From contig CAWJZO010000001.1 in assembly GCA_963847375.1 (NCBI GenBank), forward strand, positions 703,986 to 767,985: 64,000 nucleotides of DNA, read 5' to 3'. This stretch comes from an uncultured Chloroflexia bacterium (GTDB lineage: Bacteria > Chloroflexota > Limnocylindria > QHBO01). The notes below the pieces were generated by a model. That model had not been told where the DNA came from and searched no databases. It worked only from the letters and a program-made list of their open reading frames with translations. Both the position numbers and the translations under genes were made by a program. Every line of letters begins with the position of its first letter. Position 1 is the first letter of the stretch. Shown here piece by piece: positions 29,052 through 38,925 of this stretch.

Positions 29052-29486
29052 GTGAGCACCGAGCGCAACACCGATGAGGAACGGCAGGCCCGGATGCCAC
29101 TGGCGGTGCGCCTCTGGTTCACCTGGGCGTTCACCCTGCTGGTGATCACCGGGCTGCTGCTGGGTCGGATCGTCGAGTTCATCGACTTCAGCGAGCGCGC
29201 CCCGTTCAGCCTGCTGGGGATCTTCATGATGGTCGAGCTCGCGGCGGTGCTGTTCGGGATCACGGTGGCGCTCCAGCGCAAGCGGATCGGGCATCGCTTC
29301 GCCATCGGCATCGCGCTGCTGCCGGTGCCGATCCTTGCCGGCCTCCCGCCGATCCTTTTCGAGATGCCGCCGGTCGCCGCGAACGGGTGGTACACGCTGA
29401 CGGTGCCGATCGGCCTGATCATCAGCGCCGGGCTGCTCATCGGCCTGCTCCGTCCGTCGGCCCGGGCGTACTTCAGCGAGCCCTGA
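29052..29486 (+). CDS. small integral membrane protein, unknown function
   Basis: 144 aa with four hydrophobic helices. Confidence 0.6.
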   Translation: MSTERNTDEERQARMPLAVRLWFTWAFTLLVITGLLLGRIVEFIDFSERAPFSLLGIFMMVELAAVLFGITVALQRKRIGHRFAIGIALLPVPILAGLPPILFEMPPVAANGWYTLTVPIGLIISAGLLIGLLRPSARAYFSEP

Positions 29487-29492
29487 CCTCCG

Positions 29493-29498
29493 TATACT
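29493..29498 (+). promoter_or_regulatory. -10-like TATACT, 7 nt before the GTG (leaderless-type)
   Basis: TATACT-cggccgc-GTG. Confidence 0.35.
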
Positions 29499-29505
29499 CG
29501 GCCGC

Positions 29506-30417
29506 GTGCGGCTCGTCACGTACTCCCAAGCTGGTTCCGGGTCCCGGCTCGGCGTCGAGACGCAGACGGGGACGATCCACGACCTGACCGCGACGCTCGG
29601 GGTGGGTGACGTCGGTGAGATGCTCGCGCGTGGGATCACCGCCGGCGACGTCGAGGACCTGCGCGTGCGGGCGCAGACCTACGAGCCCGGTGAGGTCGCG
29701 ATCCAGGCGCCGATCCGACGGCCCGGCAAGATCATCTGCGTGGGCCTCAACTACCACGACCACTGCCGCGAGCAGGACGTCGAGCCCCCTGCCTACCCGA
29801 TGATGTTCAGCAAGTTTGCGAACGCCGTCACGTCTCCCGGAGCACCGGTCACGCGTCCGGCCGCGACCGAGCAGCTCGACCTCGAGTGCGAGCTTGCGGT
29901 GGTGATCGGGCGGCGGGCGTCGCGCATCGGGCCCGCGGAGGCGTCGGAGGTCGTCTTCGGCTACACGATCCTCAACGACGTCACGATGCGCGACCTCCAG
30001 CGCGAGGACCGCCAGTGGCTACGCGCCAAGGGCAGCGACGGCTTCGCGCCGATAGGCCCGGCGGTCGTCACCCCAGACGAGCTCGGCCACCCCGGCTCGC
30101 TGGCGATTGGCTCGTCGGTGAACGGCGAGACCTGGCAGGACTCGACCACGGCCGAGATGATCTTCGACGTCTTCACCCTCGTGGCGTTTGCGTCGCGAAC
30201 GATCACGTTGGAACCGGGCGACGTCATCGCCACCGGCACGCCCGCGGGCGTCGGCCACTACCACCAGCCGCCTCGCTACCTGACCGATGGTGACGTCATG
30301 CGCTGCGAGATCGCGGGGATCGGCGCGATCGAGAACCGGGTCGTGGACGAGCTGCCGCGCATCGAGGACCATGCCGCGGCCGCAGGGCTCGGCTCGGTCG
30401 CGGCTCCGGCCCGGTGA
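29506..30417 (+). CDS. fumarylacetoacetate hydrolase (FAH) family protein
   Basis: KIICVGLNYHDH, ECELAVVIG, NDVTMRDLQ and GDVIATGTPAGVG. Confidence 0.85.
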   Translation: MRLVTYSQAGSGSRLGVETQTGTIHDLTATLGVGDVGEMLARGITAGDVEDLRVRAQTYEPGEVAIQAPIRRPGKIICVGLNYHDHCREQDVEPPAYPMMFSKFANAVTSPGAPVTRPAATEQLDLECELAVVIGRRASRIGPAEASEVVFGYTILNDVTMRDLQREDRQWLRAKGSDGFAPIGPAVVTPDELGHPGSLAIGSSVNGETWQDSTTAEMIFDVFTLVAFASRTITLEPGDVIATGTPAGVGHYHQPPRYLTDGDVMRCEIAGIGAIENRVVDELPRIEDHAAAAGLGSVAAPAR

Positions 30418-31466
30418 GCGCGACGATCGCGGTCGGCACGATGCGGGCGTTGGCCAAGGTCCGCCCCGGGCCGGGTGCCGAGCTCGTCGAGCGGCCGGCG
30501 CCGACAGCCGGGCCGGGGGAGGTGCTCCTGCGGGTCGACGCGGCCAGCATCTGCGGCACGGACCTGCACCTCTTCAACTGGGACGACTGGGCGGCCGAGA
30601 ACCTCGACCCGCCCCGCGTGCTCGGGCACGAGCTGGCGGGGACGGTGATCGGGATCGGTCAGGGCGTCACCCGCGTGAAGGAGGGCGATCTCGTCGGGGT
30701 GGAGAGCCATCTGTTCGACTGGACCTGCTCGCAGTGCCGGCGAGGCGACATGCATCTGTGCCGCAACCTGCGCGTGATCGGCGTCCACACCGATGGCGGC
30801 TTCGCCGAGCGCGTCGTCATCCCCGAAGCGAACGCCATCGAGTCGAACGGCCTGGATCCTGCCGTCGTCGCGTTGCAGGAGCCGATGGGCAACGCCGTCC
30901 ACGCCGCATTCGTCGAACCGATCGAGGGCAGGACTGTCCTCGTCACCGGTTGCGGACCGATCGGGCTGTGCGCGGTCGGGATCGCCAAGGCCGCCGGCGC
31001 CTCGCTGGTGATCGCCACGGACACGGAGCCGTTCCGCCTGGAGCTTGCCGCGACGATGGGCGCCGACCTCGCCCTCGACGCGGCCGACCCGGACTCGGAG
31101 GTCCGGATCATGGATACCACCGGCGGCGACGGCGTCGAGGTCGTCCTCGAGATGAGCGGAGCACCGGCGGCCCTCGATCAAGGGCTGCGCATCATCACGC
31201 GCGGCGGGCGGATCAGCCTGCTCGGGATCTTCGGTGAGCCGCCGACGGTTGACCTTTCGGAGCGCGTGATCATGCAGGGGCTGCGCCTGCAGGGCATCTA
31301 CGGCCGCCGGATCTACGACACCTGGGAGCGGACGCAATCGCTGCTGCGCTCCGGGTCGCTCGACGTCACGCCGATCATCACCCATCGGATGGATCTCTCG
31401 GAATGGGAGCGGGCATTCGGGCTCGTCGCCTCGCGCAATGCCGGAAAGGTCGTCCTGGTCCCGTAG
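30414..31466 (+). CDS. tdh: L-threonine 3-dehydrogenase
   Basis: ICGTDLHLFNWDDW, GHELAGTV, CSQCRRGDMHLC and GCGPIGL. Start is GTG 30414 (GTGA overlap) or ATG 30441. Confidence 0.88.
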   Translation: MSATIAVGTMRALAKVRPGPGAELVERPAPTAGPGEVLLRVDAASICGTDLHLFNWDDWAAENLDPPRVLGHELAGTVIGIGQGVTRVKEGDLVGVESHLFDWTCSQCRRGDMHLCRNLRVIGVHTDGGFAERVVIPEANAIESNGLDPAVVALQEPMGNAVHAAFVEPIEGRTVLVTGCGPIGLCAVGIAKAAGASLVIATDTEPFRLELAATMGADLALDAADPDSEVRIMDTTGGDGVEVVLEMSGAPAALDQGLRIITRGGRISLLGIFGEPPTVDLSERVIMQGLRLQGIYGRRIYDTWERTQSLLRSGSLDVTPIITHRMDLSEWERAFGLVASRNAGKVVLVP

Positions 31467-31482
31467 CGGATCGCGCCCCGGT

Positions 31483-31628
31483 GGGGTTCTGCCTCACGGG
31501 ACTCGCGGCCACTCAGTGGCCGTTCCTGCGTCCGGCGGGGACGTGCGGCCGCCCAGGTGGACGCGCCGCCTGTCCAGCGATCCAGACCGACGGGAAATCC
31601 CGCACTGAGAGGCCAATACGCCCGCCCC
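31483..31628 (-). repeat. dispersed intergenic repeat, copy D (between tdh and kbl)
   Basis: Reverse complement reads GGGGCGGGCGTATTGGCCTCTCAGTGCGGGATTTCCCG…GGCCACTGAGTGGCCGCGAGTCCCGTGAGGCAGAACCCC. Confidence 0.5.
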
Positions 31629-31668
31629 CTGCAAAGGGACGCGGCGGCCCGGGCGCCGCCTGCGCACC

Positions 31669-31674
31669 TATACT
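31669..31674 (+). promoter_or_regulatory. -10-like TATACT, 6 nt before the ATG (leaderless-type)
   Basis: TATACT-cgaagc-ATG. Confidence 0.4.
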
Positions 31675-31680
31675 CGAAGC

Positions 31681-32895
<1,215 letters not shown>

Positions 32896-32952
32896 TCCAC
32901 CCGTGGTACCTTTGGTGCCGCCTGCTCCCCATCCGCTCATGAGCTGCCACCG

Positions 32953-33582
32953 ATGCCGGACCGCCTGCTGAGCGCGACCATTCATTCCACGCTGGCCGAG
33001 GGCGCCGCGCCGCGTCCGGGGGTTACGTCGACGCTGCCAGAGACGGCGACGATCGACGAGCTCGCGCTGGCCGCGACCGGCGGTGACACGGAGGCGATCG
33101 GCCGGCTGTACGACGCCCTCGTGGCACCGATCCATCGCTACGTCGCGCTGCGCATCCGGCGTCGCGAGGACGCCGAGGATGTGACCCATCTCGTGTTCGA
33201 GCGGATCGTCGCCGGGCTGCCGAAGTACCGGCACGACGGAAAGCCGTTCACGGCATGGGCCTTCCGGATCGCGCGCAACGCGGTCATCGACCACCAGCGC
33301 CGCGTGCGGCCGACAGAGCCGTTGAGCGCGGTCGCGGAGCCATCTGCGGGAAACGGGCTGGACGACGTCACCGTCCGTGGCGAGGAGGTGCGCGAACTGC
33401 GCGCCGCAATCCGTCGCCTCACGACCGATCAGCAGGAAGCGCTCGTCCTTCGGTATGCCGCCGGCCTCTCGGCGGAGGAGGCCGCGCGCGTCATGGGCCG
33501 GCGGGCCGGCACGATTCGAGGGTTGACGTTCCGGGCCATCGAATCGCTTCGGCGCAAGCTCGAGGAACCGGCGAGGACGTGA
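32953..33582 (+). CDS. ECF-type sigma-70 family sigma factor
   Basis: Region 2: EDVTHLVFERIV…FTAWAFRIARNAVIDHQRR. Region 4: LTTDQQEALVLRYAAGLSAEEAARVMGRRAGTIRGLTFRAI. Confidence 0.85.
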   Translation: MPDRLLSATIHSTLAEGAAPRPGVTSTLPETATIDELALAATGGDTEAIGRLYDALVAPIHRYVALRIRRREDAEDVTHLVFERIVAGLPKYRHDGKPFTAWAFRIARNAVIDHQRRVRPTEPLSAVAEPSAGNGLDDVTVRGEEVRELRAAIRRLTTDQQEALVLRYAAGLSAEEAARVMGRRAGTIRGLTFRAIESLRRKLEEPART

Positions 33583-33628
33583 GGTAGGGTCGCCCGAACC
33601 CGTGTGGGCCGATGGGCCTCTGCATACG

Positions 33629-33660
33629 ACGAGGCCCCCGGTCGGAACCGGGGGCCTCGT
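33629..33660. terminator. perfect 13-bp stem / 6-nt loop hairpin between convergent genes (bidirectional terminator candidate)
   Basis: ACGAGGCCCCCGG-tcggaa-CCGGGGGCCTCGT. No U-tract. Confidence 0.55.
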
Positions 33661-33687
33661 GTCAATGACGAACGAACGGAGCCTGGC

Positions 33688-34812
<1,125 letters not shown>

Positions 34813-34864
34813 AAGTGAGAACCCCTTTTGACTCTGTGTGGATGAGGACGTGAGATGCAGGATA

Positions 34865-34878
34865 AGTACAAATGTACT
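34865..34878. promoter_or_regulatory. perfect palindrome AGTACAaaTGTACT in a divergent promoter region
   Basis: Low-GC patch between the surface-protein start (34812) and the start of the next gene (35002). Confidence 0.35.
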
Positions 34879-35001
34879 AGGACCGCCAGTGGGTGTGTCT
34901 TCGCCCGCCAGTGACGTGCGGTCGCTTGCGGTGAGGTCTGGCACAGTACATCGGTCTTCCCCGTTGCCTGCAGACAACGGAGTTTGGAGCCTTACCCTGC
35001 T

Positions 35002-36753
35002 GTGAGGCCCCGGACTCTGCTCCTAGGACTTGCCGCCGTTGCCGCCGTCGCCGCCGTGGGGATCGGTGCCGCACTGCTGGCGGGTCCATGGAATCGGCCG
35101 GAACTGACCGACGATGCCTTCGTCGACGCGGTCGGCGCCGTCCTCTCAGCGGACGTGAGCGAGCTGAGCCTCCCGGCCGACCTGGCCGAGGGCTCCCGCG
35201 GCGTTGCGTATGTGGCCCTGCGTGCCGGCGGAGTGCGCCTGGCGGAGGTGTGGCAGGTCGGCGCCGACGCCGACGAGGCCTATGCGCGAGCGCTCATCGA
35301 GGCGCGCGATGCCGTCGGGTCGGACGAGCGCATGGATATCGACGTGGTCGAGTCGGTCATCAGCGGACCTCCCGAGGAGGTGGGGATCGATGGCCTCACG
35401 AATCTCGACCGCGGAGTTGCCGGGTTGTCGGTCGTGCTCACAGACGGTCGAGAGCTCGTCGCCGGACCGACGGAGATGCTGGCGGACAATACGAGCTTCG
35501 AGCGTGTCCTCGAGCTGTTCGTCGAGGGCGGCGCAGCCAGCCAGGAGGAGATCGACGCCGCGCGGGTCGGCCTCTTTGGTGCGAAGCAGTTCCTCGTCGA
35601 TCTCGAGGCCGATGCGCTGATCCGCATGGACCGCGGCAACGAGCTCGTTCCGGCGGCCGCCATCAGCCACGAGACGGCCGTCAGCCTCACGGACGGGATG
35701 TCGGCCTGGCTGGTCGAGCAGCTCGCCGACGACGGTCGGATGGTCTACGAGTACTTCCCCAGCCGTGGCGACGAGTCCGAATCGAACAACATGATCCGCC
35801 AGTGGATGGCGACGATCGCGCTGATCCGCGTGGCCGGCCGGACCGAGGACGCCCAGCTCTACGACCGCATCGCCGACAACATCGACTACAACCTCGCCAT
35901 CTCGTACAGCACCGATGGCGACCTTGGCCTCATCGCCGACCCCGACGGCGACGTGAAGCTCGGCGCCGTCGCGCTGGCCGCCCTCGCCATCAGCCAGCAT
36001 CCCGACCGCGATCGCTGGGCGACCCAGGAAGCGGCCCTGCGTCGCATGGTCGACCACCTCTGGCAGGCCGATGGGTTATTCGTGACGTTCTACGTCCCGG
36101 CGGGCCGCAACGACAACCAGAACTTCTACCCGGGCGAAGCGCTGCTGCTGTGGGCGGCCACCCTCGACGACGACACCGATGCCGACCTGCTCGATCGGTT
36201 CATGCGCAGCTTCGAGCACTACCGCGCCTGGCACCGGGAGCAGCCGAACCCGGCTTTCGTCCCGTGGCACTCGATGGCGTACGAGACGGTCTGGCGGCTC
36301 ACCGGCGACGACGACCTGCGCGACTTCGTGTTCGAGATGAACGACTGGCTGATCGCAACGATGCAGCAGTGGGAGTCCGCACCGTCCGAGGATGTCGCCG
36401 GACGCTTCTACAGCGCCGAGCATCCGGAGTACGGTCCGCCGCACGCCTCATCGGATGGCGTCTACCTCGAGGGTCTCATCGCGGCCTACCGACTGGCGGT
36501 GGCGGTGGACGACGCCGAGCGTGCCGAGGCGTACAGAACGGCGATCGCGCGCGGGCTCCGGCACCTCGTGCAGCTCCAGTTCGCCGACGCGGTCGACATG
36601 TACTACGTCTCACAGCGGGACCGGGTGGCCGGCGGGCTGCGCACGACCGTCTATGACAACCGCATCCGCGTCGACAACGTTCAGCACGGCCTGCTCGCGG
36701 TGCTGAATGCGCTGGACACGTTCGACCCGGAGGACTTCCGGATCGCGGAGTGA
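35002..36753 (+). CDS. membrane-anchored protein of unknown function (AMMECR1-like N-domain? plus helical-repeat / alpha-alpha-toroid-like C-domain)
   Basis: GTG start gives VRPRTLLLGLAAVAAVAAVGIGAALLAG as an anchor. The C-terminal half is rich in W/Y-containing helical repeats. Domain calls are tentative. Confidence 0.6.
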   Translation: MRPRTLLLGLAAVAAVAAVGIGAALLAGPWNRPELTDDAFVDAVGAVLSADVSELSLPADLAEGSRGVAYVALRAGGVRLAEVWQVGADADEAYARALIEARDAVGSDERMDIDVVESVISGPPEEVGIDGLTNLDRGVAGLSVVLTDGRELVAGPTEMLADNTSFERVLELFVEGGAASQEEIDAARVGLFGAKQFLVDLEADALIRMDRGNELVPAAAISHETAVSLTDGMSAWLVEQLADDGRMVYEYFPSRGDESESNNMIRQWMATIALIRVAGRTEDAQLYDRIADNIDYNLAISYSTDGDLGLIADPDGDVKLGAVALAALAISQHPDRDRWATQEAALRRMVDHLWQADGLFVTFYVPAGRNDNQNFYPGEALLLWAATLDDDTDADLLDRFMRSFEHYRAWHREQPNPAFVPWHSMAYETVWRLTGDDDLRDFVFEMNDWLIATMQQWESAPSEDVAGRFYSAEHPEYGPPHASSDGVYLEGLIAAYRLAVAVDDAERAEAYRTAIARGLRHLVQLQFADAVDMYYVSQRDRVAGGLRTTVYDNRIRVDNVQHGLLAVLNALDTFDPEDFRIAE

Positions 36754-36758
36754 ACCGC

Positions 36759-37412
36759 TCAGCCGGTTCGGCCACGGGCTTCCAGGACGACGACCTGGGT
36801 CTCGTCGGGCAGGGAGCTGACCGTGACCTGGGCCTTTGGCTGGCGGATCGGCTCGGCAGCCATCTCGTGGAGGAACTTCTCCGGGCCCTGGAGGTCCTTC
36901 GAGGCGCCGTCGACCCCGTAGTGCATCGGGATCACGATCTTCGGACCGATCTGCGAGACGACCTCCGCCGCCTCGGTCGGGGTCAGCGTCGTCTCACCGC
37001 CCACGGGCACGAGCAGGACGTCGACCGGGCCGAGCTCGGTGACCTGCTCATCGGTCAGCAGGTGGCCGAGGTCGCCGAGGTGGCAGATGTGGACACCGTC
37101 GATCTCGACGGCGAAGACCATGTTCTCGCCTCGCGATCCCCCGCCCTCGCCGTCGTGGAAGGTGCGGATGCCGATCACCAGCAGGTCGCTGAACTCGTAC
37201 TCGCCCGGACGGGTCAGGGTCAGCCCAGCGCTGATCGAGCGCGTGTAGGTGTGGTCGGGATGGGCGTGGCTGATCGTCAGGAGGTCGACGTCGTGCTTGC
37301 CGGCCACGAACCCTGTCGACGGCGGGCAGGGGTCGGTGATGACGGTCGCGTCGCGGCCCTTCAGTCGGAAGCAGGCGCGGCCGTACCAGGTGATCTCCAT
37401 CGGTCTGGCCAT
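36759..37412 (-). CDS. MBL-fold metallo-hydrolase
   Basis: ITWYGRACFRL, ISHAHPDH, GDLGH and IPMHY. Confidence 0.8.
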   Translation of the reverse strand: MARPMEITWYGRACFRLKGRDATVITDPCPPSTGFVAGKHDVDLLTISHAHPDHTYTRSISAGLTLTRPGEYEFSDLLVIGIRTFHDGEGGGSRGENMVFAVEIDGVHICHLGDLGHLLTDEQVTELGPVDVLLVPVGGETTLTPTEAAEVVSQIGPKIVIPMHYGVDGASKDLQGPEKFLHEMAAEPIRQPKAQVTVSSLPDETQVVVLEARGRTG

Positions 37413-37590
37413 GGTAGCCGGATAGCACGAGCCCCGGTGCCCGCCCAATGACACCGGGGCTCGAAGGAGGGAGGGTGGAGGCAGAAACCCGAGGTGGATC
37501 TCTATCTCGCGTCGACGAGGCTACGGGGCACGCCTAAACCCCCGGCTTGGCGCACCTTAAGAAACCTGAACGTTCGCTGGCCCCTCGCAA

Positions 37591-38916
37591 ATGGCGTGGC
37601 AGAATGCGCCCGCAGTGTCCACCGCGCAGCGCATCGCCGCCATCGTCATCGCCGTCCTCGTCCTGGCGGGGATCATCGTGCTGGGCTTCAACTTCGGCAG
37701 TGAGCGGACGGCGGCCGAACCGAGCGGGACGCCATCGGTCAGCGCCGTCGCTTCGCCGTCGCCGAGTGGCGCGCAGACCGAGGAGCCCTCTCCGGCGGAC
37801 GAGGACGAAGTGCTCGCCGCGCTCGAGGAAATCGAGGAGCAGGTGATCGCGATCCGCGGACTGCCGGCAGCCGACATCGGGGCCCCGGACCTGCTCACGC
37901 GCGACGAGGTCCGCGAGGAGCTGCTGGCCGCGTTCGACGAGGACTACCCGCAGGAGGAGCGCGACGAGGACAACGCCTCGCTGCGCGCGCTGGGCTTGCT
38001 CACGGCCGACCAGGACGTCGCCGAGCTCCAGCTCCAGCTGCTCGGTGACCAGGTGCTCGGCTTCTACGACCACGACGAGCAGCGCATGGTGGTCGTGACC
38101 GATGAGGGCCTCAACGCGCTGGCCAAGTTCACATACGCCCACGAGTACGCGCACGCGCTGCAGGACGCGGCCTTCGGCATCGACTCGCTCGAGCGCGACG
38201 CCGAGGGGCAGGACGACCGTGGGCTGGCGCGCACCGCGCTCGTCGAAGGCGACGCGTCGGTCGTGATGCTCGCCTGGGCCCTGCAGCACCTGACGCCCCA
38301 GGATCTGCTGGAGATCACGAGCAACCCACCGCCCGACACGACCGGCATCCCCTCGTGGTTGGTCGAATACCTGGTGGTCTTCCCCTACGAGGAGGGCCTC
38401 CTGTGGGCGGGCGCGCTCAGCGGCGACCCGACGGCGCCAGACTTCGGTGCCATCGATGCCGCCTTCGAGGACCCACCGGACTCGACCGAGCAGATCATCG
38501 ACATCGACAAGTGGGATCCGCGCGAGGACCCGATCCCCGTCGAGGGGCCCGACCTGGCGGCGGCACTCGGCGAGGACTGGACAGAGGTCGACGATACGCC
38601 GATCGGCCAGGCCTTCCTGCGCATGATCCTCGAGTACCACGGCATCGAGCTCGAGCAGGCGCGCACCGCAAGCGCGGGCTGGGGCGGCGATCGCGCGGTC
38701 ACCGTCACCGGTCCCGCCGACGGCTTCGCGGTCGCCTGGCGCCTGGCCTGGGACACGCCGCAGGACGCCGACGAGTTCGTCGAGGCCTACAACGCGGTCA
38801 TCCCGCGCCTCGGCTTCCCGGCCTCGGTCAGCGAGCTCGACGGCGGCGACGTGCTCGTCGCCCACGGCAGCAGCCAGGAGATCCTGCGCCGCGCGATCGC
38901 CGCCGCCGACGGCTGA
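37591..38916 (+). CDS. membrane-anchored putative zinc metalloprotease
   Basis: N-terminal TM helix IAAIVIAVLVLAGIIVLGF. HExxH motif in FTYAHEYAHALQD. Confidence 0.6.
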   Translation: MAWQNAPAVSTAQRIAAIVIAVLVLAGIIVLGFNFGSERTAAEPSGTPSVSAVASPSPSGAQTEEPSPADEDEVLAALEEIEEQVIAIRGLPAADIGAPDLLTRDEVREELLAAFDEDYPQEERDEDNASLRALGLLTADQDVAELQLQLLGDQVLGFYDHDEQRMVVVTDEGLNALAKFTYAHEYAHALQDAAFGIDSLERDAEGQDDRGLARTALVEGDASVVMLAWALQHLTPQDLLEITSNPPPDTTGIPSWLVEYLVVFPYEEGLLWAGALSGDPTAPDFGAIDAAFEDPPDSTEQIIDIDKWDPREDPIPVEGPDLAAALGEDWTEVDDTPIGQAFLRMILEYHGIELEQARTASAGWGGDRAVTVTGPADGFAVAWRLAWDTPQDADEFVEAYNAVIPRLGFPASVSELDGGDVLVAHGSSQEILRRAIAAADG

Positions 38917-38925
38917 AGTCGCTGC

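Noticed and set aside
26535-29639. Very long ORFs on the opposite or an alternative frame of real genes: 26535..29639 (1034 aa), 97..2283, 9620..11176, 31513..33294, 37534..38865, 54298..55866 and 62551..63582.
   Set aside because: Their translations are Arg/Pro/Gly/Ala-rich and low in complexity, with no motifs. They overlap genes that have clear family signatures. Stop-poor alternative frames are expected at about 70% GC.
37568-37575. The GAACGTTC palindrome upstream of the metalloprotease gene as an SOS box.
   Set aside because: LexA boxes of this type need a 4-nt spacer (GAAC-N4-GTTC). This one has none.
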